Source: an uncultured Pelagibacteraceae bacterium
Lineage (GTDB): Bacteria; Pseudomonadota; Alphaproteobacteria; Pelagibacterales; AG-422-B15
Direction: 5' to 3'
Assembly (NCBI GenBank): GCA_902580665.1
Contig: CACHLP010000001.1
Span: 15,912 to 79,911, forward strand
Length of the DNA stretch: 64,000 bases
Shown here: piece by piece, positions 7,658 to 18,579 of the stretch
Numbering within the stretch: the stretch's first letter is position 1
Layout: each line of letters starts with the position of its first letter
The notes under the pieces: generated by a model
Seen by the model: only the letters and a program-made list of their open reading frames with translations
Told to the model about the DNA's origin: nothing
Databases searched by the model: none
Translations under genes and position numbers: made by a program

Positions 7658-9199
7658 ATGGTTTTAAATTTAAGCGTTCCAGAATTGAAAGAACTTAAGC
7701 CTAAGATAACTGTGTTTGGAGTCGGAGGTGCAGGTGGTAATGCAATCAACAATATGATTGAAGCAGGTCTATCAGGTGTTGAGTTTGTGGCAGCCAATAC
7801 AGATGCACAGGCCCTTTCTAAATCATTAAGTGACTCTAAGATGCAACTAGGAGTTCAAGTCACAAAAGGCCTTGGCGCAGGATCACATCCTGATATTGGA
7901 AAGTCTTCAGCTGATGAAACTAAGCATGAAATCATGGAACGTTTAGAGGGAACTAATATGCTTTTCATCACGGCTGGCATGGGTGGAGGCACTGGTACAG
8001 GCGCTGCACCAGTAATTGCACGGGTAGCAAAAGAATTGGGCATCCTCACTGTTGCAGTTGTCACAAAACCATTTCAATTTGAAGGAGCTGGCAGAATGCG
8101 TATCGCTGAGCAAGGCCTCAAAGAATTAGAACATTTAGTAGATACGACAATTGTAATACCTAACCAAAACTTATTCAAAGTCGCTGATGAAAAAACAACT
8201 TTCGCAGATGCTTTTTCAATGGCGGATGATGTTTTACATGCAGGGGTAAGAAGTATTACAGATTTAATGGTTGTTCCTGGACTTATAAATTTAGATTTTG
8301 CAGATGTAAAAACAATAATGAATAACATGGGGCGCGCAATGATGGGAACAGGAGAAGCTTCAGGTGACAATAGAGCCATTGAATGTGCCCATAATGCAGT
8401 AACGAATCCATTACTGGATGATTATTCATTGGATGGAGCAAAAGGACTTCTAATTAATATAACAGGCGGTACTGACCTTACGCTCCACGAAGTTGATAAA
8501 ATTACAAATGAGATACGCGAGCAGGTTCATCCAGATGCAGATGTAATTGTAGGATCAATTTTTGACGACAAACTTGAGGGCAAGGCAAGAGTTTCTGTTG
8601 TGGCCACAGGATTAGACTCACATCCAAAGCCAACTAAATCAATTGTAGATATACAAATTACAAGAAATTCTGCAGTACCATCAATGGCGGCTGCACCAGC
8701 AGCAAATTCAAACTCAGTACAAGCTTCGTTAAGTAATGAAGAGATGAACGAAGAAGTAATTGAAAATTCTGATCCATATATGTTCATGGATGGGGAGGAG
8801 TCAGATATTCACTCTGAAACTGACATTGAAGATACCCAAGTTTTGATAGAACCAGAAATATCAGAACCAGAAATGGCAGTTGAAGAAGAAGTTGAGCCAG
8901 AGCCAGTCACTGAACCAGAAATATCAGAACCAGAAATGGCAGTTGAAGAAGAAGTTGAGCCAGAGCCAGTCACTGAGCCTGAGATGGTCACTGAGGAAGA
9001 AGCTCCTAATAGCATTATGGATTTGATAAATGCTGATAGAGAAAATAATGATTCAGGGGCACCTGATTTGTTTAGTGGTCAAAATATTCGACAATTAGAC
9101 GACATGAATGCCTCTAAAGAAGAAGAAATGACTGAAGAAAATGAAACTGATCAAGATCTGTTAGAGATTCCTTCGTTCCTTAGAAGACAAAGTAAATGA
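7658..9199 (+). CDS. ftsZ: cell division GTPase FtsZ
   Basis: [13 protein letters not shown], tubulin signature [18 protein letters not shown]. Long acidic E/P linker and C-terminal peptide [21 protein letters not shown] at 7644-7649. Confidence 0.97.
   Translation: MVLNLSVPELKELKPKITVFGVGGAGGNAINNMIEAGLSGVEFVAANTDAQALSKSLSDSKMQLGVQVTKGLGAGSHPDIGKSSADETKHEIMERLEGTNMLFITAGMGGGTGTGAAPVIARVAKELGILTVAVVTKPFQFEGAGRMRIAEQGLKELEHLVDTTIVIPNQNLFKVADEKTTFADAFSMADDVLHAGVRSITDLMVVPGLINLDFADVKTIMNNMGRAMMGTGEASGDNRAIECAHNAVTNPLLDDYSLDGAKGLLINITGGTDLTLHEVDKITNEIREQVHPDADVIVGSIFDDKLEGKARVSVVATGLDSHPKPTKSIVDIQITRNSAVPSMAAAPAANSNSVQASLSNEEMNEEVIENSDPYMFMDGEESDIHSETDIEDTQVLIEPEISEPEMAVEEEVEPEPVTEPEISEPEMAVEEEVEPEPVTEPEMVTEEEAPNSIMDLINADRENNDSGAPDLFSGQNIRQLDDMNASKEEEMTEENETDQDLLEIPSFLRRQSK
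8849..8974 (+). repeat. perfect 63-bp tandem duplication (2 copies) inside the ftsZ linker, followed by a degenerate partial third unit to about 9001
   Basis: 8849-8911 and 8912-8974 are identical base for base (gaaccagaaatatcagaaccagaaatggcagttgaagaagaagttgagccagagccagtcact). They encode [21 protein letters not shown] twice. Confidence 0.95.
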
Positions 9200-10119
9200 C
9201 GAAAAGAGAATTGGCTCATAAGCCGGTTCTTATAAAGGAGATAATAAAACTAATTGGGCCTAAAGATAATGAGACGTACTTCGATGCAACATTTGGAAAT
9301 GGAGGGTACTCGAAGGAATTTCTTGAGGTCAGCAACTGCAATATTATTGCAATTGACAGGGATCCATATGTTAGACAGATTGCTGAAGAATTTAAAAAAA
9401 AATACGGCAAAAGGTTTAATTTTTTCCATTCTAAATTCAGCGAAATCAACGAAGTTATGGAGAAAACCAAGGAAAAAAAAATTAACGGTTTCTTATTTGA
9501 TATAGGAGTTTCATCAATGCAGTTAGATTTTCCAGAAAGAGGCTTTTCTTTTATTAAAAAGGGCCCGTTAGACATGCGAATGGGTCAAAAAGGTACAACT
9601 GCTTATGATGTAGTAAATTCAAAAAGTCACGAAGAATTAGCTGATATTATCTATTATTATGGTGAGGAAAGAAACTCCAGGAGAATTGCTCGAGAAATTG
9701 AAACTTATCGCAAATCAAAAAAAATTGAAACAACTTTAGAATTAGCAGAAGTAGTTAAAAAATCTTTTCCAAATAAATATTATAAAAAACATCCTGCGAC
9801 TAAAACTTTTCAAGCTTTAAGAATCTATATCAATAACGAAATTGAAGAATTACATTCCGGTCTTAATCACGCATTAAAATACTTAAAAAAAAAGGGAAAC
9901 TTACATGTAGTTACCTTTCATTCTCTTGAAGATAGACTAGTGAAAAAATTTTTAAAAATAGTAAGTCAAAATAAAAAAGTAAATAAAGTTCTCAAACCTA
10001 GCAAAGAAGAGATAGAACATAATCCAAGATCTAGATCAGCTAAGTTAAGATTCTATGAGAAGAATAATTCAGAATTAAGTTATATACCAATTGAAGATTT
10101 GGGATTTAAACAATCATGA
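9196..10119 (+). CDS. rsmH: 16S rRNA (cytosine1402-N4)-methyltransferase RsmH (MraW)
   Basis: HKPVL...[10 protein letters not shown]...[10 protein letters not shown]...SLEDR. ATGA overlap with the ftsZ stop. Confidence 0.95.
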   Translation: MTKRELAHKPVLIKEIIKLIGPKDNETYFDATFGNGGYSKEFLEVSNCNIIAIDRDPYVRQIAEEFKKKYGKRFNFFHSKFSEINEVMEKTKEKKINGFLFDIGVSSMQLDFPERGFSFIKKGPLDMRMGQKGTTAYDVVNSKSHEELADIIYYYGEERNSRRIAREIETYRKSKKIETTLELAEVVKKSFPNKYYKKHPATKTFQALRIYINNEIEELHSGLNHALKYLKKKGNLHVVTFHSLEDRLVKKFLKIVSQNKKVNKVLKPSKEEIEHNPRSRSAKLRFYEKNNSELSYIPIEDLGFKQS

Positions 10120-10460
10120 TTAGTAATTTATTCAAAATTTTGTCAGTGATCATCTTACTCATAGGATTGCTTGCAATAATGATCATAAAAAATATATCAG
10201 CTGAAAAACAAAACTATATCAATGAATTAGAAATTACTTTTAGAGAAGAACAGAAAAAGAATGAACTTTATAAAATAGAATGGAATCATATGATCTCTCC
10301 TATAAATTTAAAAAAAATATCTGAAATGGTTATATCCAATGATTATACTAAATACTTCGTAGTTTTAGACAAAGATGATCTAGGTAAAGAGGATCAAGTA
10401 TTTCAAGATATCATTACAGTTGATATGCCTTCTAAGAAAATTATAAGCCCTGCACGTTAG
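10116..10460 (+). CDS. ftsL: cell division protein FtsL
   Basis: Single N-terminal TM helix plus coiled-coil, with the alphaproteobacterial-type YKIEWNHMISPINLKKISE motif. Canonical position between rsmH and ftsI. Confidence 0.65.
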   Translation: MISNLFKILSVIILLIGLLAIMIIKNISAEKQNYINELEITFREEQKKNELYKIEWNHMISPINLKKISEMVISNDYTKYFVVLDKDDLGKEDQVFQDIITVDMPSKKIISPAR

Positions 10461-10466
10461 AATTTT

Positions 10467-12242
10467 GTGAGAAAGAAAAAAAATTCAGTAAAAAAGAAAA
10501 TAGACATTTATCAAAAAAGTTTCTCATTTACTCATCGATACAATGCTGAAAAATTTGCAATTGATAAAATAAATTCAATAAAGCAAAGCTTCGCACTTAA
10601 GATTAATAATCGTTTAATTTTGTCAGCAATAATATTCAGTACGTTGTTTATTGCTATTACAATTAAAATGATGGAAATTAATCTCTTTTATGTTGAAAAA
10701 AACCGTTATTTTGTATCATCAACGGATAAGGAGAGGCGTAACATATTAGATAGAAACAATATTTCTCTAACAGCTAACTTGCTAATGTCTGACGTTGGTA
10801 TTGACCCTAAAAAAATTTATGATCGTGAGGCATTCATTAAGAAAGTCTCATTATTGTATTATGACATATCAGCAATTGATTTAGAAAATAGAATTAATTC
10901 TGGTAAATGGTTTTATTTGAAACGTAATATAAGTCCCAATGAACTTCAGAAAATTATTGACCTAGGAGAAACTGGTATAGAGATAAGAGATATTTATAAA
11001 AGAAAATATCTTCATAAGGAGTTATTTAGCCATCTCATAGGAAAAGTAGATATTGATAACGATGGTATTTCAGGAATGGAAAAATCTTTCAATACATTAT
11101 TAAATAATCAAAATGAAAACGATGTTATTTCCTCTGTAGATACAAGAATACAACACATAGTAAGAGATGAACTATTGGACTCTATGAAATTATATAAAGC
11201 AACTGGTGGATCAGGAATTGTTATGGAGGTAAATACCGGAGAGATATTGTCAATGGTATCCCTTCCTGACTTTGACCCAAATAGCAAAAATTTTGATGAA
11301 AATTCTGTATTTAATAAAAATACTTTAGGTGTATATGAATTTGGATCAGTTATGAAAATATTTACAACCGCAATTGGTATTGAAGAAAATATATTTAAGC
11401 CTAATACGCTTTATGAAATTGATGACCATATTTATGTAGGTAAACATAAAGTACACGATGTTCATCGTCCCTGTAAAACTAAAAAATGTACAGTTGAAGA
11501 AATATTTGTGCACTCATCAAATGTTGGAACCATTAATATGATTAGAGATATTGGTCCAGAATTACAGAAGAATTATTTATACGATTTAGGTCTTTTAGAT
11601 CAAGTTATTGTAAACTTACCTGAACGAGCTGAGCCACTTATTCCAGATCCTTGGAGAATGGTTAATACTGAGTCCATTTCTTATGGTTATGGGCTGTCAA
11701 TTTCTCCTCTTCATTTAGCTTTAGCTACCTCGACTGTAATAAATGGTGGTTACATTATAGAGCCGTCATTAATCAAAAAAGATAATCAAGTTTTTAAAAA
11801 TCAAATATTTTCAGAGCAAACGAGTGAGATTATGAGATACTTACTTAATCGTGTTGTAGATGAAGGAACAGCAAAAGATGCTTTCGGAAAAGACTCTAAT
11901 AAAAAGTATGCTGGTAAGTATAGTGATTATAAATATCTAGTTGGAGGCAAGACAGGAACGGCTAGGAAAATAAACAACAAGTCATATGCCAGTGAAAAAA
12001 TGACAACATTTATTTCAGCTTTTCCGATCAATAAACCAAAATATCTTGTACTTATTTCATTAGATGATCCAAAAGGAATCGTGGGAGAATATGATACGCC
12101 CTATAATACATGGGGTTATACAGACGCGGGTTGGAACGCTGCAAGAGTTTCTCGGCAAATTATTGATAGAATAAGTCCTATTTTAGACACAAAAAGTAAA
12201 TATTTATCAAGTGATAACTTATTAATTAATACATCACTATAA
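10467..12242 (+). CDS. ftsI: peptidoglycan D,D-transpeptidase FtsI (PBP3)
   Basis: PBP dimerisation plus transpeptidase domains. SVMK (SxxK), SSN and KTGTA motifs. GTG start. Confidence 0.9.
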   Translation: MRKKKNSVKKKIDIYQKSFSFTHRYNAEKFAIDKINSIKQSFALKINNRLILSAIIFSTLFIAITIKMMEINLFYVEKNRYFVSSTDKERRNILDRNNISLTANLLMSDVGIDPKKIYDREAFIKKVSLLYYDISAIDLENRINSGKWFYLKRNISPNELQKIIDLGETGIEIRDIYKRKYLHKELFSHLIGKVDIDNDGISGMEKSFNTLLNNQNENDVISSVDTRIQHIVRDELLDSMKLYKATGGSGIVMEVNTGEILSMVSLPDFDPNSKNFDENSVFNKNTLGVYEFGSVMKIFTTAIGIEENIFKPNTLYEIDDHIYVGKHKVHDVHRPCKTKKCTVEEIFVHSSNVGTINMIRDIGPELQKNYLYDLGLLDQVIVNLPERAEPLIPDPWRMVNTESISYGYGLSISPLHLALATSTVINGGYIIEPSLIKKDNQVFKNQIFSEQTSEIMRYLLNRVVDEGTAKDAFGKDSNKKYAGKYSDYKYLVGGKTGTARKINNKSYASEKMTTFISAFPINKPKYLVLISLDDPKGIVGEYDTPYNTWGYTDAGWNAARVSRQIIDRISPILDTKSKYLSSDNLLINTSL

Positions 12243-12245
12243 TAA

Positions 12246-13682
12246 ATGACAAAAAGTCGTCTTCTGAAACAAATTAACTCAGATAAAATAAAATATAAAA
12301 ATATATGCTCTGATTCGAGAATTATAAATAAAGGTGATATTTTCTTTGCAATTCCAGGAAGTAACACTGATGGACTGAATTATGTTAATGATGCAGTAGC
12401 TAAAGGTGCATCTGCAATCGTTATTCCAATTAGAAAAAAATTAAAGATTTCATCAGACATCCCAATTTATAAAGTAAAAGATATCCGTAAAGAAATTTCT
12501 TTGGCAGCATTCATGGTCAATAGTGAATCAATAGAAAAGAAAATTGCTGTGACAGGAACAAATGGAAAATCTTCAGTATCTTTTTTTTTAAACTATATAT
12601 TATCTAATCTAGGAGAAAAAACCGCAACAATAGGTACGTTAGGTAATTCTTTGGTAAGAAAATATAATAATGGAAATCTGACATCTCCTGAACCAATTAA
12701 CCTATCAAAGCAGCTAAGAAAATTAAGCAAAAGTAAAATCAAGTATCTAATAATGGAAGCATCAAGTCATGGCTTACACCAAAAAAGATTTTATGGATTA
12801 AAATTTGATGCTTGCATACTTACAAATATTTCGCAAGATCATTTAGATTATCATAAAACTATGTCACATTACATAATGAGCAAGCTCAAACTTTTTTCTG
12901 ATTATATAAAAAATGATAGTAAAATTATAGTTAACGCTGATACTAAATATATTAATAGAGTTAAAAGTTATTTAAAGAAAGAAAGCAATATCAGTCCAAT
13001 ATATTTTCAAAAAAATAACAAATTTAAAATAGTTAAGATAAAAAAAAATAAAAATAACTCAACAATAGTAGATGTAAAATTTGGTAAGGATCTTAAAAAA
13101 TTTAAGTTTGCTAATTTTCCATTATTTCAAATTTATAACTTTTTACTGGCAACATTAACACTTCATTCTATGGGTCATAATTTAACTAAGATTCAAAAGT
13201 TAAGCCTAAAATGTCCTTCTGTACCAGGTCGCATGGAATTTGCAGGAAAAACAAGAAATAGTGCTTCTGTATACATTGATTTTGCGCACACACCTGATGC
13301 TCTTCAGAATGCATTAATAGAAGGCAGCAATCTTTGCAAATCAGAGCTGCATGTCGTTTTTGGATGTGGTGGAAACAGAGATTACTCAAAACGTCCAATA
13401 ATGGGAAAAATTGCCTCAAAATATGCAAATTACGTTGTTATTACTGATGACAATCCACGCTTTGAGAATGCAAAAAAAATTAGAAACGAAATCATTGGTG
13501 ATTGCAAAAACTTTTTCGAAATTCCAGATAGAAGAAATGCGATAAAACATACAATTAAGCAACTAAGAAAAGGAGATTTATTAATCATTGCAGGTAAGGG
13601 GCATGAAAAAAACCAAATCATTAATGGCAAGGCCTTCCCCTTTGATGATCTTAAAGTATCTAGAGGTTTTCTAAAATTATGA
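12246..13682 (+). CDS. murE: UDP-MurNAc-L-Ala-D-Glu:meso-DAP ligase MurE
   Basis: Mur ligase P-loop GTNGKSS, the DNPR motif typical of DAP-adding MurE, and dcw position. Confidence 0.9.
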   Translation: MTKSRLLKQINSDKIKYKNICSDSRIINKGDIFFAIPGSNTDGLNYVNDAVAKGASAIVIPIRKKLKISSDIPIYKVKDIRKEISLAAFMVNSESIEKKIAVTGTNGKSSVSFFLNYILSNLGEKTATIGTLGNSLVRKYNNGNLTSPEPINLSKQLRKLSKSKIKYLIMEASSHGLHQKRFYGLKFDACILTNISQDHLDYHKTMSHYIMSKLKLFSDYIKNDSKIIVNADTKYINRVKSYLKKESNISPIYFQKNNKFKIVKIKKNKNNSTIVDVKFGKDLKKFKFANFPLFQIYNFLLATLTLHSMGHNLTKIQKLSLKCPSVPGRMEFAGKTRNSASVYIDFAHTPDALQNALIEGSNLCKSELHVVFGCGGNRDYSKRPIMGKIASKYANYVVITDDNPRFENAKKIRNEIIGDCKNFFEIPDRRNAIKHTIKQLRKGDLLIIAGKGHEKNQIINGKAFPFDDLKVSRGFLKL

Positions 13683-15055
13683 AATCGAGTCATATTTCAA
13701 TTTCAGAGATTAATAATCTATTTAATACTAAGTATAGTGATATAAAAATTACAGGTGCATCACTTGATACAAGAACTTTAAAAAAAGGAAATATTTTTTT
13801 TGCAATTAAAGGAAAAAATAATGATGGTCATAAATTTATTAATCAAGCTGAGAAAAAAGGTGCCTCTATAGCTTTTGTCCAAAAAATTAACTCAAAAACT
13901 AGTCTTAAACAAATTAAGGTAAAAAACACTTTGTTTGCTTTATCATCTCTTGCTCGATATTACAGGTCCTTACTTAATACTCAAATTATTGGAATTACAG
14001 GTAGTGTAGGAAAAACTGGAACTAAGGATGCGATTTCGTTTATTTTAAAAGAGCATAAATATATTTTTTGCTCGAGACAGTCTTATAATAATAAATATGG
14101 AATACCATTAGAAATTTTAAATATGCCAAGAAAAACAAAATTTGGTTTTTTTGAATTAGGTATGAATCACTTTGGAGAGATAAAAAGCTTAGTAAAAATA
14201 TTAAAGCCAAATATTTCTATTATTCTAAATATTGAAAACGTACACTTAGGTAATTTTAAATCGTTAAAAGAGATTGCTGCAGCGAAAAGCGAAATCTTTA
14301 CATCTTCAAAAAATATAGATTCATTAATTCTTAATAAAGAGACCAATTATTATAATCTGTTATATAGATACTACAAAAATACTAATATAAAAAATTTTTA
14401 TAATTATAGTAAAAATAATAATTCAAATGTCTATATAAAAGAAAGAAAGGTAATAAAAAAAAATATTCAGCTTAAAGTTAATCTTCCAGGAGATAAATTA
14501 ATCAATTTTACTATTAGAATTGATCAGGAAAATTTAATTGATAATTGTTTAGCAATTATTACTTGCTTACATGCACTTAACATAGACTATAGAGTTATTA
14601 AAAAGTTTAAAAACGTACCCTTCACCAGTGGACGAGGAAATATGATTAGATGTAAGTATAATAGTTACAAACTTAAGCTCTATGATCATTCGTATAATGC
14701 GAGCCCAATTTCAATGAAGCAAACAATTGATATATTTGACAGATTAAAAGAAAAAAACATTGTTTATTTGATTGGTGATATGAATGAACTGGGTCAAAAA
14801 GCTAGTTACTACCACATTAATTTAATGAAGTTATTGAATAAGAAAAAATTTGAAAAATGCTTGTTTATTGGAAAACATTTCAAAAAGTTAGAAAACAAAA
14901 TTTGTGATAAAAAGATTTCTTTTTTTAGAGATATCAATCAGGTTATCGACAATCTCGATGAAATAATAGAGAGTAATTATACAATTTTTGCTAAAGGATC
15001 TAATTCAATTAATATTGGAAGATTAATCAGTCATCTTAAACAAGAAAATTTATGA
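13679..15055 (+). CDS. murF: UDP-MurNAc-tripeptide:D-Ala-D-Ala ligase MurF
   Basis: Mur ligase P-loop GSVGKTGTK, ELGMNHFGEI, and dcw position. Confidence 0.85.
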   Translation: MKSSHISISEINNLFNTKYSDIKITGASLDTRTLKKGNIFFAIKGKNNDGHKFINQAEKKGASIAFVQKINSKTSLKQIKVKNTLFALSSLARYYRSLLNTQIIGITGSVGKTGTKDAISFILKEHKYIFCSRQSYNNKYGIPLEILNMPRKTKFGFFELGMNHFGEIKSLVKILKPNISIILNIENVHLGNFKSLKEIAAAKSEIFTSSKNIDSLILNKETNYYNLLYRYYKNTNIKNFYNYSKNNNSNVYIKERKVIKKNIQLKVNLPGDKLINFTIRIDQENLIDNCLAIITCLHALNIDYRVIKKFKNVPFTSGRGNMIRCKYNSYKLKLYDHSYNASPISMKQTIDIFDRLKEKNIVYLIGDMNELGQKASYYHINLMKLLNKKKFEKCLFIGKHFKKLENKICDKKISFFRDINQVIDNLDEIIESNYTIFAKGSNSINIGRLISHLKQENL

Positions 15056-16134
15056 TACTACATATTTTAGAAAACTTAAATATCCCAGACTTATATAATT
15101 TCTTCAATTATCTTACTGTAAGGATGGGCTTCGCTCTTTTTACTTCTTTTTTTTTCATATTGTTATTTGGTCCTATATTAATTAGTAAGATAAGTTCCTA
15201 TCAGTCTATTGGACAGCCGATTAGAGAAGATGGGCCAGAATCGCATTTGATAGCAAAAAAAGGAACGCCAACCATGGGTGGAATTATCATATTGCTTTCC
15301 ATAATTGGGTCTATTTTACTTTGGGTAAACCCAGATAGTCTAATATCTTGGCCAGTTATATTTATACTAGTTTGTTTTGGTTTAATTGGTTTTGCAGACG
15401 ATTACTGTAAAGTTAGAAATAATTCAAGCAAAGGTATTTCAGCCAAAATACGAATATTTCTCCAGATTATTGTTTCACTTATATTTGTATATTGGATAAC
15501 TACATACCATCAAATTGATATCAAGCTTTTATATTTACCTTTTTTAAAAGATGTTTTTATCAATTTAGGTTTTTTTGCAATACTATTTATTTTAATTGTT
15601 ATCTTGGGATCAGCAAATGCAGTAAATTTGACTGATGGTCTAGATGGGCTTGCAATTGTTCCTATAATGATTGTTGCAGCAACATTTGCCGTAATTTGTT
15701 ATTTAGCCGGCAATACAATTTTTGCTGAGTATTTATATATAAATTATTTGCCAGGGGCAGGTGAGCTCGCTGTATTATGTGCAGCAATTATAGGATCAGC
15801 GCTAGGCTTTTTATGGTATAATGCTCCCCCTGCAATGGTGTTTATGGGCGACACAGGCTCCCTTTCACTAGGCGCTGCATTAGGCGCGATTAGCATTTTA
15901 TTAAAACAGGAAATAGTTTTAGCCATTGTTGGAGGAATCTTTGTAGCTGAAGCAATATCTGTAATATTGCAAGTCTCATCTTTTAAATTGACTGGAAAAA
16001 GGATTTTTAAAATGGCGCCATTGCATCATCATTTTGAAAAAAAAGGTCTACCAGAATCAAAAATTGTTATTCGTTTTTGGATAGTTGCAATAATTTTAGC
16101 ACTAATTGGACTAGCGACACTTAAAATCAGATAA
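15052..16134 (+). CDS. mraY: phospho-N-acetylmuramoyl-pentapeptide transferase MraY
   Basis: GTPTMGG, NAVNLTDGLDGLA, MGDTGSL, APLHHHFE. Confidence 0.97.
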   Translation: MILHILENLNIPDLYNFFNYLTVRMGFALFTSFFFILLFGPILISKISSYQSIGQPIREDGPESHLIAKKGTPTMGGIIILLSIIGSILLWVNPDSLISWPVIFILVCFGLIGFADDYCKVRNNSSKGISAKIRIFLQIIVSLIFVYWITTYHQIDIKLLYLPFLKDVFINLGFFAILFILIVILGSANAVNLTDGLDGLAIVPIMIVAATFAVICYLAGNTIFAEYLYINYLPGAGELAVLCAAIIGSALGFLWYNAPPAMVFMGDTGSLSLGAALGAISILLKQEIVLAIVGGIFVAEAISVILQVSSFKLTGKRIFKMAPLHHHFEKKGLPESKIVIRFWIVAIILALIGLATLKIR

Positions 16135-16138
16135 ATAG

Positions 16139-17461
16139 ATGATTAAACTCAAATCATTTAAGAATAAACACTTTCTTATTATTGGAATGGGAATTACAGG
16201 TATTTCCGTTTCCAATTCATTGCTTAAAGGTGGTGCAAATGTTTATTTCTGGGATGATGATCTGAAGAAAAGAAAAGCATCAAGTAAAAAGGGTTATCAA
16301 TTAATTAATGATCAAAATCTAACTAAAATAGATTACATCATGCCAAGTCCGGGTATTACCACTACGGGAAAAAATGCACATAAATACATTAAAAGATTAA
16401 AATCTAAAAAATGTAAGATAATTAGTGAACTTGATTTATTTCAACTTTATATAAATAGCATAAATAAATTAAAAAAAATTAAGATTGTTGGTATCACTGG
16501 GACTAACGGAAAATCTACAACTGTTTCCATGATTCATCATGCTTTAAAAAAAAATAATGTTAACTCAGCTTTGATTGGCAATATTGGGCAACCTATATTT
16601 TCCTCAAAAAAGTTAAATCATGGTATCTATATTTTGGAACTTTCATCATATCAGCTGGAGCAAGCAAAAATATTTAAACCAGATATATCATGTATATTAA
16701 ACCTAACACCAGATCATTTAGATCGTCATAATACCATGCATAGGTATGCTATCGCAAAGTGTAACATATTTCAGAATATGAGTGGAAGAAATGTTTGTTA
16801 TTATGACTCAAATAAAAGAATAAAAAAAATTGCTACTATGAAATTAGATAAGAGAAAACTTAAACTGCTAATTCCAGTAAAAAAAATTAATGACAGTTTT
16901 AAAAATAATAAGAAACTCAACTTGATATCAAAAAGATATAATATGCAGAACTTATTTTTTTCTTTTTTAATATTAAAAAAATTAGGCTTAAAGATATCAG
17001 ATATTTATAAGTCATTTTCTACATTTAATGGGCTGCCTCACAGACAAGAGATAGTTGCAAAGAAAAGGAATTTTATTGTGATAAATGATTCTAAATCGAC
17101 AAATTTTGAATCTTTAGTACTAGCATTAAACAACTTCAAGAATATAATTTTGATTTGTGGTGGACAAATAAAAAATAATAAAATCAATGTATTAGACAAA
17201 AACCAACACAATATTATTAAGGTGATAGTAATAGGTGAGACTAGAAATATTTTTTTTAATTATTTTAATAAGTACGTGGATACCTCATATGTAAAAACCT
17301 TATCCAAGGCGGTTAAAATGTCATTAACTATACCAAATATTGTGAATGGGCATTGCACTATTTTGTTTAGTCCTGGAGCAGCATCGTTTGATCAATACAG
17401 TAACTTTGAAGAAAGAGGAGACGATTTTAAAAAAAAAATAAAAGCTGAAATTTTAAAATGA
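16139..17461 (+). CDS. murD: UDP-MurNAc-L-Ala:D-Glu ligase MurD
   Basis: GTNGKSTT P-loop, SSYQLE, LNLTPDHLDRH, and dcw position. Confidence 0.9.
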   Translation: MIKLKSFKNKHFLIIGMGITGISVSNSLLKGGANVYFWDDDLKKRKASSKKGYQLINDQNLTKIDYIMPSPGITTTGKNAHKYIKRLKSKKCKIISELDLFQLYINSINKLKKIKIVGITGTNGKSTTVSMIHHALKKNNVNSALIGNIGQPIFSSKKLNHGIYILELSSYQLEQAKIFKPDISCILNLTPDHLDRHNTMHRYAIAKCNIFQNMSGRNVCYYDSNKRIKKIATMKLDKRKLKLLIPVKKINDSFKNNKKLNLISKRYNMQNLFFSFLILKKLGLKISDIYKSFSTFNGLPHRQEIVAKKRNFIVINDSKSTNFESLVLALNNFKNIILICGGQIKNNKINVLDKNQHNIIKVIVIGETRNIFFNYFNKYVDTSYVKTLSKAVKMSLTIPNIVNGHCTILFSPGAASFDQYSNFEERGDDFKKKIKAEILK

Positions 17462-18564
17462 CTAAGTCACAATTAGAAAAGTCCATCATAACTGATTGGA
17501 TTTATGAAATAAATAAACCAATATTTTTTTGTGTACTAATACTAATTGCAGTTGGACTATTTATAAGTCTTACGATTAATCCTGGCACATCAAGGTATAT
17601 TAATAATAATCTATTTTCATACTTTAATATTCAGGCACTTTATTTATTATCTGGATTTATTTTATTCATTTTATTTTCTTTTATAAATTATGAACGAATT
17701 ACAAATATTTCCATAATTATGTTTGTAGGTTTAATAATTGTCTTATTCTTAACATTAATTTATGGAGTTGAGATAAAAGGATCGAGGAGATGGATTAATC
17801 TAAAATATATTACAATAATGCCTATTGAACTGATTAAACCATTTTACTGCATCATACTTGCAGCTGTTTTAAATAATCCAAATTTAAGAAACAGTTTTAG
17901 AAATTATGCACTTAGTTTCAGCATTTATGCTTTTATAGCTGCAATATTAGTTTTTCAGCCAGATATTAGTCAATTATTTCTTGTTTCAGTAATATACTTT
18001 TCATCAATATTTATGAGTGGATTTAGCATAATAGTGCTTACTTCAATTATTCTTGCTGGTTGCGTATTTTTTGTTTTCATATATTTATCTAATTTTAATG
18101 TTCAAAATAGGATCAATTCCTTTTTATCGCCTAATGATTTTGACGCAACACAGACTGAATTGTCGCTTCAGGCAATCAAGCAAGGTGGCCTTATGGGTGT
18201 AGGCCCAGGAAATGGAGTATTAAAGAATAAAATTCCTGAAGCGAATTCAGATTATATATTTTCTGTTATTGCGGAGGAGTATGGGTTATTAGGCTGCTTA
18301 ATAATTTTGACAATATTCTTTATAATTTCCTATCAAGGATTCAAAAAAATATATAGTAGCAATAGCCACTTTATACAAATAAGTTTGTTTACCTTAATAA
18401 TATATTTTTGCCTACAAGCTCTTATTCATATTGGAGTAAATATTAGACTACTTCCAACTACTGGTATTACACTCCCTTTTATTAGTTATGGCGGCTCATC
18501 AGTTATAGGCATGTCAATCACTTGTGGTTTTATTTTATCATTATCTAAAAATAGACATAGTTGA
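17458..18564 (+). CDS. ftsW: SEDS-family lipid II flippase/peptidoglycan polymerase FtsW
   Basis: SEDS motifs (PEANSDYIFSVIAEEYG; LPTTGITLPFISYGGSS) and dcw position. Confidence 0.9.
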   Translation: MTKSQLEKSIITDWIYEINKPIFFCVLILIAVGLFISLTINPGTSRYINNNLFSYFNIQALYLLSGFILFILFSFINYERITNISIIMFVGLIIVLFLTLIYGVEIKGSRRWINLKYITIMPIELIKPFYCIILAAVLNNPNLRNSFRNYALSFSIYAFIAAILVFQPDISQLFLVSVIYFSSIFMSGFSIIVLTSIILAGCVFFVFIYLSNFNVQNRINSFLSPNDFDATQTELSLQAIKQGGLMGVGPGNGVLKNKIPEANSDYIFSVIAEEYGLLGCLIILTIFFIISYQGFKKIYSSNSHFIQISLFTLIIYFCLQALIHIGVNIRLLPTTGITLPFISYGGSSVIGMSITCGFILSLSKNRHS

Positions 18565-18579
18565 TGAGTAGGCAATAGC

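Noticed and set aside
8809-9015. 68-aa minus-strand ORF with a striking Ser/Gly/Thr repeat ([24 protein letters not shown] twice)
   Set aside because: It is the antisense mirror of the 63-bp tandem repeat inside ftsZ. The sense frame is an unambiguous FtsZ with an intact C-terminal peptide.
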